A stretch of 63,414 nucleotides of DNA, the filler included. It is 9 parts of 9 records of this genome, joined end to end, with 100 filler letters (N's around TTAATTAATTAA, not from the genome) between each part and the next. Parts side by side here need not be neighbours in the genome. Positions count along the whole stretch, not along the records: positions 29,581 to 40,423 come from SRR7504441_147; positions 40,524 to 47,120 come from SRR7504441_149; 7 more parts are not named here. One strand, given 5' to 3'. Below, piece by piece: positions 30,466-41,980 of this stretch (position 1 is its first letter; each line of letters starts with the position of its first letter). Made by a program: the position numbers and the translations under genes. The notes below the pieces were generated by a model. That model saw only the letters and a list, made by a program, of their open reading frames with translations. It did no database searches and was not told where the DNA came from.

Positions 30466-33400
30466 TTAAATGCCCGAGTCGTCCACCTTGCTGTCGGCAT
30501 TGTATTGAATTCCAATTGGCATCAACTCTGTTGTCACGGGCTGTTGAACCGTTCCCATCACCAAGGAAGCCTGTGCGATTGGGGTCGTGTTGGGTTCATG
30601 CACGAGGATTTGAAGCTCCGGCTCCTCGCGATAGTGCCCTGCCCTACCACACCAGTTGCATATCACGCACTTGATAAGCGCATATATGAAAACCACCAGT
30701 AGCAAGATGGTGAAAAGAATAGTGTACATTCCACCGATGGCTGAAAGTATAAACAGAAAAAAGAGCGGCAGCGCGCAGGCGCAGCAGTACTTCTTGCCAA
30801 TCTTTTGGAACAAGGTGGCCATGTAAGTGTTTCTCGGTAGTCCACTGTCCACCTCTTTGCCATCCACAAACAGGTAGCACGGTCTCGGCATTTGGGTGCC
30901 AGGAATTTCATTGAAATCAATGATTTGAAACACCTTACCCGAATGGATGAATACGCTGCTCGACTTCTGGCAAGAGGAGCAACAGCCCCCCTCGCCACAC
31001 CCGCAGCACCCACTGAGCCCACATCCTGGGTTGTTGTCTCCTTCAATCAGAAGAGGGTATCCAGGGGTCTGGTATCCGGATTCACTTACTGCAGCGACTT
31101 GCTGCCCATCAACAGTCACCACCCCGGGGTTGGGCTTGCAGCAGCAGCACAGCATGTCCCAAAACCCGAGTTGAAACTCGACTTTCACTTGAATCTTCTG
31201 CTCATCACTCGGAGCAAACCAACTGCTTCTGGCCTGCTTTCCTCCAGCAACGGGCACACTCCACTGGTATACCTTCTGTAACTCTCTGCCCTGACAGCTG
31301 CACCAAAAGGCGCAGCACAGCGAGCAATAATTCGGCGGAGGGTTGGGTATCAGCATGGCTGCCAGCGTGTCAGCGTCCACACCCGTCTCCTCTTCTTGCT
31401 CGGCAGCAAACTGCACGAATACCTGCTCCAGGGTCGTCTGGCTGACTGCGTACTCGGTAACGGAGTTCTGATGCTTATGGTCCTCCAGAATTTGCCAGGC
31501 TTCCGACAGCTGTAGCCCCTCCTGAGGAATCTCATATCGAAGCTGCAGACCCAGGTCCTCCTTCAGCACCCCACCAGCGAACTGCTCGGTTATCCAAGCC
31601 TGCAAAACAGGACTGACCAGCTGAAGCCTGAGAGCAGAAGTCACCTTGAGCGGGGCAGTCTGTCCGGATGGGACACGCACTTCGAGGCTGTAGCCTCGAC
31701 CAAACTTTGCTTTGAGATGCTGGTTGGTCCCTAGACAGCGCAGCCGACCGCCCACCTGGAGCAGTGTGCTCAGGGCTTGCCACTAGACCGAATACCATGA
31801 TCCCGATCTGGTGAGAAAGCGCCTCGGCCTCCTCCATTGAGTGGGTGGTGAGAATAACCGACCGGCCTGTCATGGTGCCTGAAATTACTGTCCACATGAA
31901 CCTCCGGGCTTCCGGGTCCATCCCAGTCGAAGGCTCTGCAGCCACGCGTCAGCGCCTTAAAACAACTAATGCGACGCACCGTCAAGGAAGACAATCTTGG
32001 GGCCTCCAAGGAGCGCAATTGCAACTGACAGCTTGCGCTTGTTGCCTCCTGAGTATCCCCCAGCCTCACGTTCGGCGTGCTTGACAAGATCCATAAGCTT
32101 GACCATGTTTTCGACCACGGCGTCTTCCTTGTCCTTGGAGATGCCCTTGATACGTGCATAAAGCTGCAGATGCTCGCGGCCCGTCAGCTTGGGGAACAGA
32201 GCATCAAACTGTGGACAATAGCCCATGAGTCGATTGATCTCTTCACGCTGACTCTTCATGTCCAGTCCAGCAAGCGTGCCATCTCCGGAGGTTGGCGGGA
32301 ACTCGCCAGCCATCATTGCAATTGAGGTGGTCTTCCCAGCCCCGTTTATCCCGAGATACGCAAACACATGCCCCACTGCACTCCGCAGTCAGCACTAGGC
32401 CCGAGCTACACACCTTCCTAATAAGGGAATTAGCGGCCGAGCTACCTGGCACATGGAACGAGACGTCCTTTACCGCCACTTTGGCGCCCGTGTTCCCACG
32501 GGCTGGAAAGACTTTACGAAGGTGCCTGACAATGATTGGGTTTTGGATGGGGTCGAGCTCCGTGCTGTCTAGGTAGTCCATCTCCTGCTGCACGTCCGAA
32601 TCGCGCTCATATGGCTGGTCCTCAGGCACTGTTGGAGAACTGTGGCACAGCTTGGAGAGCAGGCCGTCCATGCTGGTGGTGCCTCGCTGGAGCAGCATCA
32701 CCATAGCCATGAAGAACACTGCGCAGCAGGAGAGGTAGAGCAACGGGAGCCCGGCCACACCAAAGTCCCACACGCTGCTGTAGCTGCACTTGCACACTAC
32801 CGCGTCGAACCTTTTGTTGTAATAGTAGCTCTGCATGTTGTATATTCCCCTGGAGAAGGCAAATTGCGGTACCAAGTAAAAGAAATACTTGAGGATATCG
32901 TTGTTAGCCTCTCTTGTGTCGTCGGACACAAAGTCAAGAATCCAACTCGCCAGGAACAGCACAAAACCTGTGAAGGCGTAGATGGAAATACATGCCAGTA
33001 GAGCGTTGTTCTCAGTATTGAAAGCAAACGAGAACATATATGTCTGGGGGATACTCGCGATTCCGTAGAGGGCAAACAAGGCTAGAATAGCGCCAAACTG
33101 CTCATCTTTGTAAAATTGATCGTTCTCGAAGACACAGATGAGCCCGATTGATAGCCACATCGGGATCATGTAGAATAGCAAGTCAAAAGTGTACATGCCA
33201 AACCTGTTTACAGTCACTCCCTTGCAGACACAACGGCTTACCAGTAGGCGGAAGGTCGGAGCCCAGAGATCATTTGCTGATGCTTTGCCTGAACGTGCGG
33301 TCAGAGCGAGCAAACAAGGGCCGAGCACCTTGACTCTCACTTCAAACACAATATTGTAGACGTAGCTGGATGGTACGATCGAGAACGCGATGATCAGGAA

Positions 33401-36400
33401 GAAGGCGAGCACAATCACTGTCCGCTGCTTGCGCTCGCCCCGCTCCGCACTGGTTTCAGGCCCCGGGACTAGGCTTGTCTTGATCTCAGCTGTGCTGCTC
33501 ACAGCACTCTCTCTAAGAATCAAATTATTAGCAAAGTTGGCGTATGTCAGTGGTCCGTTGTACGCTGAGCCGTTCGAATAGGCCACGTAAGGGTAGCTCG
33601 CGGCCTTGTAATTGGAGGCTGCCAGGGTTGAATCGTAATTAAAGCTGATCGCCCCATACTTGGACTGCTTGATTGAATCAAACCCACTGGAGCCCCGATT
33701 CTCGTACAAGTAGTTGCCCATCTGAGAAACTTGACTGGTACCAGCAGCATCGCCGTTGCATTTGTACATGCTTGGAACGGCCGCATCATTGCAGGACGTC
33801 TCGATCCCCGTGGCACAAGAGGCAGTCAACCATGCTACAATCTCCTCAGAGTAATCAACCGGATTGGCTCTGCTTGCGGAAGGCTTTTCATATTTACCAC
33901 GACTAGACATCTCGCCAAGCGACGGCCGTGCAGCGTTCTCACCTGCAACCACAGGTGAGCGGCCTAAGCAGCCCAGCGGTCACCCCACGAGTAAGCCTGC
34001 TTGTTTTCATCCGAGTAGCTCGCGCAGCTGAACTGCGCAGTCTCCGGCTGGGCTGCCACGTCTGTGCCGTACGTGGTGGTACCAGTGCTCCCACCAAGAC
34101 CAGCTATCCCGGAGCCATAGGTAGCAGGGCAGTTAGAGCTCGTGGCGGTGACGGTGGTTGCAGTTGTGGCAGAAGTCGTGCAAGTGTAGGGAACGCTCAA
34201 CGGGCTGTTGTACTGGCCGGCGTCCAGATTAATGGTCTCAGAGACATTAGAGTTGCCATACTTGATAGCCAGACACGCAAAGAATATGAATATGAGCGGG
34301 ACCATGATCTGGATCATGATGTTAAACCAGTCTCGCATCGCGGTGTAGAAACGCTTCCAGAACACCCCCCAGAACTGGAGAACAAACGATACTTCGTCCT
34401 CGCCGCGCTCCCCAGTAAGCTCTGCGCTCGCGCTGAGTGCTTGCATCTCTGTCACGGTGCTCGCAGACAATGCCTTGTCGCTCTTAGCTAGCTGGAGGAA
34501 GACCTCCTCCAGGGTGGTCATGGAGATACCCCAAGAGTCCAGATCCGTGTTCCCTTTGATCGCGTCGAGCGCGTTAAACAGCTTTGGGAAGTCAGCCCCT
34601 TTCGGGATTTGATAAGAGAGCTCCGCACCCTGGTCTGACTGCAGCTGTGACCCGGGCGCCGCCTCGGCCACTGCGCTCCGTAGCGGTGAGTCGTCGGCAG
34701 CCGATCCGACGCGCTTGGAGAGTGTGAGTTTGAACCCTAAACCGAACCGATTCTTGAGGAACATCGCGCTCCCGCAGCACCGGAGCCTCCCCTCCGACAT
34801 GATCGCCACACGATCCCCAAGCAGATCTGCCCCGGGCTCAGCCGACCTCCCTACAGCCCGGCACCGGCTTCGTCCATGAAGTGCGTTGTGAACAGGATGA
34901 CGTGCGCCGGCTTGTGCGCCTTGATCACCTCCCAGGTAGAGCGGCGCGAGTAAGGATCCATCCCGCTGGTAGGCTCGTCCAGGTAGAGAACCTTGCTGTC
35001 TCCTATCGTGGCAATCCCAATGGAAAGCTTGCGCTTCTGCCCACCGGACAGAGTGCAGCTGTACTGCTCGGTCTTCTCTGTTAGCCCAATTGCAGCAATT
35101 GTCTGGATGCAGTACTGGTCTATTAACTCGTCGGGCACCTGCACCGGTCGGGTTGCTGCACGCCTATCGGTGGCTGGGCACCCCCTTGAGCGCTGCAAAC
35201 AGCTGCAGGTGCTCCATCACGGACAGCTGATCCCACAATACGTCATGCTGCCCGGCCCCTTCAGCCCCAGCCCGGGCCGGCGCCACCTGAGGACAAACTC
35301 CCAGGATTCTGCGCACCGCCGAGAGCGAATGCGTGACCGATTCACCGTATATGAAGGCGTCGCCTGAATCTGGCCTCATCAGCCCTGTGAGCATGTTGAA
35401 CGTCGTGCTCTTCCCTGCGCCGTTGTGTCCAAGCAACGCAGTGACTTGGCCTTCGTATACGTCCAGCCACAGCTCGCTCACTGCCACCTTCTCCACTCCG
35501 TTGCTGTGGAACACCTTCCGCAGGCCCATCGCTCGCACAGCCGGCTCGCCAAACTGACTATCTACAGGCTCAAAGTCGTCAGCAGACATGTCAGCTGGAT
35601 CGGCGCTGGTCGAGACCCGCCGGTTGTCGTTCTCAGACTGACCGCACCAGTAGCTGCCGCCTAGTTAGCAGAAGGCGGGCTGGGATGCGCGCCTTGGGAG
35701 GAAACAGAACCAAATCGGGCGCTTAGCACCAAACTCGCCAGGGACAACTTGGTCGGCGTAGCAGGCGAGCAGTAGGTAGATCGCCGCGTCCTGTATGTCA
35801 GCAGTCATTTGCTAATCAGGAAGGCAGCAGTCACCGCCAGGCAGATGAGCCAGAACTCGTACAGGTAGATGGGCTCCTGCCTCCCTCGTTCCGACACGTC
35901 GCCGATGTTGGTGAAATCAATAGGCTGCGATGCGCCCTCGTACTGCGCAAAGATCGAAAAGCCCCAGTAGAACGAGAAAGGCGAAAGGAGCACACAGAAG
36001 ACGATCCGGGCCGCCCTGGAAAGCCCTCCAAGGGCATCGGGAACGAAGATCCCTATCAGGTAGGCAAACACAGCAGTGATTGAGGCTGAATTCGGCTCGG
36101 AGAAGAGTGCGGCGATCAGCAGCCCGAGGGCCTCGACAGAGATGAGGAAGGTGGTGATGAAACCCCAGACAATGATGAAGTTAGACTGGCGGAAGATGAA
36201 GCAGTAGCACGCAATCGTGCAAGTGAAGCCCACGAACAAGTAGACCATGAGATATATCGTCACCCAGCTCAGCCAGAACACCCAGGTGTGCAGGCCCATC
36301 ATCAGCATCCCTTCCTTAATCCGGCGCTTCTTCTCGTCCACAATCGTCTGGACCATGGACGAAAGCGTGAAGATCATACAAAACCCAAACACCCATTGGA

Positions 36401-37364
36401 ACGTACCGCCTAGGAAGCCAAACTTGGCCGGGTTATACTCCCAGTCCTCGAACGGGAAGGCTTGGAAGTGCGGGTCCAGGTTGTCCGGGTTCTGGGCCGG
36501 GCTGGCGAATTGTTTGATGAAATAAGAGTCCACAAACCGCTGGAGAGGCAGCATCAGCAGCTCCGACCATCGGAGCCAATACGCGTTCGAATAGAACGAA
36601 AAGTCGTTGGTGCCTTCCACCGTGTTCGGCACCATAGTCCGGTTGTACCTGAAATTCCAGGCCACCGTCTTGCTGGCGGCGTCGTATTGCGTGATCACCA
36701 CAGCGGCGGCGACCGGGTTAGAGATTGAGTCGGACGCCTGCTCTGAGATCTTGGCGTCCAGGCTGGACAAGGAGGAGAACACTTGCTGGTACGCTCCGGA
36801 CGTGGCGCACCCGCACGTGCCGGTGCTCGCCCCCGCGCCGCTTCCGCAGCTGGCCGTCATCACCTGGCCCGCCCCCCCTCCGTTCGCTGTCATCACGCTG
36901 ACCGCATCGCTGTAGAATCCGTTAGTATTCATCACGTACGTGCAGAGATCCGAGGCCAGGTTGGCCGGGCTGCTCACCGTCTGGGCGAACAGTACCTCGC
37001 CCACCTGCCACCTGTTGTCCAAGATCCCGAGCGGGTCGTCCATCCTGTCGCTCATCGCGGCCGCCACCGACCCGTCCCGCATCGTCCCGGCCACCTCTAG
37101 CGCCATGTCGTACTTCTCCGTCTCCCCGAGCAGCGAGAGCGCGCTCAGTCCGAGCAGGAGCAGACCCGGGACCAGAGTGATACAGGCGGTGTTGTACAGG
37201 TCCCTCGATAGCAACCGGGCGCTCTTGAGGGTGACCAGCCGCCACTGCTGGAGACCGCTGACTGAACGGGCCTCGGGCGGGGGCGGGGGGGCGGCCAGCG
37301 GGTTGCTCTCGCGCTTGATCGCCGCCTGGCTGAGCAGCTCTACGCTCCCAGCGCCCGCCGCCAT
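30466..37364 (-). CDS. Full-size ABCA-subfamily transporter with extra C-terminal Cys-rich/TM module
   Basis: TMD1-NBD1 ([26 protein letters not shown]), TMD2-NBD2 ([26 protein letters not shown]), two TTLEE/QVF motifs; about 13 introns of 36-70 nt. Confidence 0.93.
35654..35692 (-). other. GC-AG intron (39 nt) in the ABCA gene
   Basis: Contains an in-frame TAA, no GT, branch GCTAAC; removal restores WFCFLPSYW. Confidence 0.85.
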
Positions 37365-37457
37365 GGCCTCAAGGCACTGGCTGCATTTGGCACAGTTGAC
37401 TTCCGTTGTTTCCGAGATTTGCCGTCGAAGCTCACATTGCGCGGCGCACCACTCATC

Positions 37458-38685
37458 ATGATCAGAACGAGCCGACACAGCCAGGCCCGGGCGGTCGCGC
37501 CGCTGCTGCTGCTGCTCGGGCTGGCGGCCGGCGAGAGCCCGGGCTGGCGCCGGGTGAGAGAGCTGCTCGAGCTCCAGCCGCTGGTACCCAAGCTCTCTAT
37601 GCTAGTGGGCAACAGGACCCGCCAGTTCCACCATGACCGTCAGCTCAAGCTCACCAGCCCGATATGGGTGGCCTCCGCCTCAAAGATGGTGTTCGCGGTC
37701 AGAGCGATGCAGGAATACGAGCGCGGAACTGTCAGGCTGGACGTACCTCTGAGTACATACCTGCCTTGGTGGACTTCAGACCCGGCCGACAGCCGGTCAA
37801 GGGTGACGCTGCTGCACTGCCTCAGCTTCCAGTCCGGCTACATCTTCGGGCTCACCCGAGTGCCGGCCTGCTGGGGCCGGCCGTGGGATGACTTCGGGCA
37901 GTGCGTCCAGCGGCTTTATGATCGGCTTCCGCACGGGGCTGAGCCGGGGCGGGTATGGGACTATAACGAGTGGCACCTGCAGCTGGTGGCGGCGGTGCTC
38001 GAGCGAGCGGTGGGCAGGCCGCTTTACCAGATATTGACAGAGGATCTGGAGAGGTCTGATAAGCCAATTTATTCATTTATTTATTGATTTATTTCACAGG
38101 TTTAACATGACACACTCCGAGTATGTCGAGCACGAAGGGCCGGGCGGGCCGGATGTGAGCTCGGATCTGGTGACCACCGGGCAGGATTACGAGCAATTCA
38201 TTCTGAGATATTGGAACGATCAGCTGCTCCAGCCCAACACGTCGCAGTTCATGGAACTGGATCACACTCCGAACAAATGCGCCGGGTTTTCTTGCTTCAC
38301 TGCATTCTTCGAGGGTCATTACGGGATAGGCAACTGGTATTCGTGTATCGGGGATGTCGGCCGGCCGGGTAACTGGACTGTGCTGCCTCGGCTGCCCCAG
38401 CGATGCGTTGAGAAGGCGGTGCACGCTGATATGGGCTTATTCGGTACATGGCCTCAGTGGGATAGACGGCTCGGGTACTGGTCGATATTGATGACAGAAG
38501 GGCTGCCGGTTGTGACCGACGCCACCGCGTTTCTGTTGATGGAGTTGATCAAGCCGTTTGTGGACCATGCGATGCTGGCGCCACCCGAGGCTGAGCCGCT
38601 GCCACTCCCGACTAGCCAACACTTTGATCAAGTTAGAGCGGCCGCGCTGGAGATCGAGGCGCTGATGGCAGGCTTTCGGGCTTAG
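37458..38685 (+). CDS. Secreted beta-lactamase-family serine hydrolase
   Basis: Signal peptide; WVASASK (SxxK), VTLLHCLSFQSG, EPGRVWDYN; one intron 38054-38099. Confidence 0.82.
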
Positions 38686-38913
38686 CATCGAGGCACCGAG
38701 GAACTGATTCTGCAGCACTGTTTGAATAGGATGACTGCTTATACGGTAGTGAAGAGCTTTATTATGACAGATGCGTAGTACGTAGAATGGAGTGAATCTA
38801 TGCATATTATGGAGTCGTGGTTTATTATGGAGTATATAATTGGTGCTCGTGGCATATTACAACACGGCTAAACGGCACCAGACCTGACTGCGATTACACA
38901 CCCGTTGGAACCG

Positions 38914-40104
38914 TCAGTCGTAGTGATCGTGGTACATGAACTCGTGATTGACTGCAGCAGAAGGCAAAACATTTACAACCAAGTGCGCCATCATTGCCGG
39001 CACATACACCAAGTCCCCCGGCTGCTGCGCGCACTCGAGCTGCCCCCTCAGCCGACGCGTCCACCACTCGGGGCCCCTTGTATCGGCCAGCTTTCTCACA
39101 AACTCCTCCGGCTCATAGTCGATTTCACCGCCATTGGCCGTCTTCCTGGTAGGAACCCCTATATCTTTCAGGCCCCGCCCGCCCCGCAGGAACCAGTACT
39201 TGAGCCCTTTCACGAGCACACAAAACGCCATCTCGTGTGAATGGAAGCCAGAGCCACTACAGGCGGGACCCATTGTTACGCTTGCAGACAGCACGTCGAC
39301 CGGTCGCTTCCGGGCGAGCTCAGCGATCAGTCCCGGGATGCGGGTGTCCTCGAGCGGGTGCGGCCAGTGTGATCCGTTGCTCTGTTTAGTCACGTCATCC
39401 CACAAATACAGCGCCGGGTAGCTCTGATTACCCTTCATGTACCGGAGAAATTGCTCCAAGCTCATTAAGTGCTGCATCAAAGGCGGTGAACTCCCCACAC
39501 GGAAGAGCTGCGCGCCATACTTGCCCGCCAGCCTCGCCTCGCTAGCCCATTCCGTACTCGCCGGCCAGTCGGTCCCCACCCCGCGCACCAGAACCGGCCG
39601 CTCTCGGTCCACAAACTCCCGCCGGAATCTTCCGGGGCTCAGTTCCGTTGCCAGCTCCACCGGCAGGTCGCACCGGCCCTCCAGCCCCGTCGGCACCGGC
39701 CGACCTCCCCACAACTCGTCCGGCCGGCCGCCCCCGAAGCACACCGACGGTCCTTGCCCGCCTGCTGGCGCCGACGGCACCGGCGAGACCCCGGCAGCGA
39801 ACGCCAGCTGCTCGAACTGCCTGAGCGTGAGGCCCGGCCCGCCGGCCCGTCGGAGCGCCCGGCGCAGCTCGGGGCTCGGCTCGAGGTCGAACTGCCCGGG
39901 CGGGCAGCGGGCCAGCTTGCGCTCCGTCGGGCTCAGCCGGCCGTCTCTGTTGCTATCAAAAAGCCGGAACTGGGCCTCGAGTCCGGTAGCCGCCCGGGCG
40001 TCGGCCAGCAGCCCGGCCGCCGAGTCGTCCCCCCGCCGGTAGGCCAGCCCGGCCGCACCAGCCGCCCAGACCAGCACCGCCACCCAGACCGCCCTCCGCG
40101 ACAT
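38914..40104 (-). CDS. Secretory JmjC protein (JMJD8-like) with EF-hand
   Basis: Signal peptide; FDSNRDGRLSPTE EF-hand; GSGFHSH (HxH), KYWFL, QQPGDLVYVPAMMAHLVVN. Confidence 0.8.
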   Translation of the reverse strand: MSRRAVWVAVLVWAAGAAGLAYRRGDDSAAGLLADARAATGLEAQFRLFDSNRDGRLSPTERKLARCPPGQFDLEPSPELRRALRRAGGPGLTLRQFEQLAFAAGVSPVPSAPAGGQGPSVCFGGGRPDELWGGRPVPTGLEGRCDLPVELATELSPGRFRREFVDRERPVLVRGVGTDWPASTEWASEARLAGKYGAQLFRVGSSPPLMQHLMSLEQFLRYMKGNQSYPALYLWDDVTKQSNGSHWPHPLEDTRIPGLIAELARKRPVDVLSASVTMGPACSGSGFHSHEMAFCVLVKGLKYWFLRGGRGLKDIGVPTRKTANGGEIDYEPEEFVRKLADTRGPEWWTRRLRGQLECAQQPGDLVYVPAMMAHLVVNVLPSAAVNHEFMYHDHYD

Positions 40105-40108
40105 GCAG

Positions 40109-40114
40109 TAACGG
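40109..40114. promoter_or_regulatory. TAACGG motif in a 65-bp divergent gap
   Basis: Between ATG 40104 (-) and ATG 40170 (+). Confidence 0.55.
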
Positions 40115-40169
40115 ACACCGTTGGGCAAACCTCCAAGCGGCCCGGTGGCGGCAGCCTTCCTCTCGGGTC

Positions 40170-40423
40170 ATGTCCTCGGAGGAGCCCCCGCCGGTGGCCG
40201 TCAAGATCTCCCTGCCCGGGTATTCGGCGCACGCCATCTACGACCTGGACTGGTCGCGCTCGCCGCGCACCTGCGCCGCAGTGGTGGCAGCGCTTCCCAT
40301 CCACACCACCGCATTCCATGGCCGGAACTCTGGGGACGAGGCGCTGCTGGTCACCCCGGCCGTGATCACCGGGGTGCCCCAGGACGCCACTGAGAACGCC
40401 ACCCAGGAGCACACCATGGACCG
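40170..40423 (+). CDS. 5' fragment, DUF3830/cyclophilin-like fold
   Basis: SPRTCAAVVAALP..FHGRNSGDE..ENAT resembles the DUF3830 pattern; truncated. Confidence 0.55.
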
Positions 40424-40523
40424 NNNNNNNNNNNNNNNNNNNNNNNNNNNNNNNNNNNNNNNNNNNNTTAATTAATTAANNNNNNNNNNNNNNNNNNNNN
40501 NNNNNNNNNNNNNNNNNNNNNNN
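40424..40523. other. Artificial contig spacer
   Basis: N44-TTAATTAATTAA-N44. Confidence 0.98.
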
Positions 40524-41168
40524 CTTCACTGTGCGCGCCAATACCTGCTGCAATAGCCTGATCCCGTGCACCCTGCCCCGCTGCTCGAGCTTCTCAACGG
40601 CTGCTGCAACAGCCACCACGCATTGAGTTGCGCTGTCCACAGCCGGCGCGCTCAGTCGTTCGACGGCCTTCTGGTATTCAACCAGCAGCCTTCCGGCCTG
40701 CCGCAGCTGCCCCGCGGCTTCCTGCTGCAGCTCAGCATCCGCCTGGGCCCGCTGCCGCGCCGCCCGCTCCCTGGCCTGCCCGGCCTGCTCGGCCGCCCTC
40801 AGCTGCCGCTCCAGCCCGGCCGCCCGCGCTCTGGCCTCTCCGAGCTCGCGCTCCAGCTCCTCTGAGGCCAGCTGGGCCGCCTGGGCCCGCAGACCGGCGT
40901 CTCGAGCCCGGGCGTTGGTCGTACGGCGGTGCCACTGCCCGAGCAGCTGGAGCATGTCTTGCTCGCCCGCCGCGGCTTGGGCCAGCGGGGCCGGATCCCG
41001 ACGACCTGAGACATACTGGACCGCCCGGGCGTACTTGCGGGTGAGCGGAGGGCCAGACTGCGGCGGACCGGAGCGTCTATCGGTGAGCCGCTGTCCGGCA
41101 CTCCGCTCCGCCGGCGGGCTCTCCTGAGCAGCCCGCTGGACCCGCCGCAGCAGCGCTGGACGATCCAT
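40524..41168 (-). CDS. 5' fragment of a coiled-coil protein
   Basis: ATG 41168; A/E/Q/R heptads up to the contig end. Confidence 0.55.
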
Positions 41169-41215
41169 TTCTAGCGCTGGACGGGCATCCGCAGTGTCGT
41201 TGAAAAATAACCGCC

Positions 41216-41806
41216 ATGGCCGAGGCAGAGCCTGTGCAAACTACTGAGGCAGTCCCCGAGCCTGCCCCCGAGCCCACCGCAGCAGAGCCGACCGCCGAGG
41301 CCGTTGCCGCGGCCGGGCCCGGGCCGGTACCGCCGCCGTACGGCTACTCGCAGATGGCGGCGGCGTACGGGATGTATCAGCCATACCAGCAGATGGGCCC
41401 GATGCTCTGGCAGAACAGGTACATGGAGTCGCAGGGCTTCCACAACGCGATGCCCAACTGGGCCCCGATGAGCGCCTCCAGCCCCTACCCGGCCGGGTAC
41501 GGCTCGGACGGCTATGCATCCCGGTACAACCGGGACGGCAAGGGCAAGGGGGTGCGCGCCCGGCGGGGCTACCCGAGCCCGGGGGCAGATGGCGATCAAC
41601 GCGGCCCGGCGAGGACACCACTTCGTCGCGGAGATGGACCCGAACGGCCGGTGCAGCCACACGCACCAGCCCACCTGGAACCCGTACTACTCGGCCAACG
41701 GACAAGGCTGGCCGCCCATCTTCACCTCCAACGAGCGGTGCGGCCCGGGCCTGGCCTGCCCCGTGAGCGAGCGGACAGGTACGCCTACGGCGTGGGGCTG
41801 TACTAG
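41216..41806 (+). CDS. Pro/Tyr/Gly-rich hypothetical protein (two introns)
   Basis: Two GT-AG introns flank exon MAINAARRGHHF...TSNER, ending YAYGVGLY*. Confidence 0.55.
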   Translation: MAEAEPVQTTEAVPEPAPEPTAAEPTAEAVAAAGPGPVPPPYGYSQMAAAYGMYQPYQQMGPMLWQNRYMESQGFHNAMPNWAPMSASSPYPAGYGSDGYASRYNRDGKGKGVRARRGYPSPGADGDQRGPARTPLRRGDGPERPVQPHAPAHLEPVLLGQRTRLAAHLHLQRAVRPGPGLPRERADRYAYGVGLY

Positions 41807-41980
41807 AGAGCCACCGGTTGATGCCTTCTCGCGGAGGGTGATGCTGGCCAACTGTACAAGATGTTCAAGCATAGTGATCGAGTCAGGAGTTCCATTTCGT
41901 CCATCTGTTGATTTAAGGTCCGACTAGACACATGTATGACCATCTCGATGATTAATCAGTTGATTTAATATTTAGTTGAA

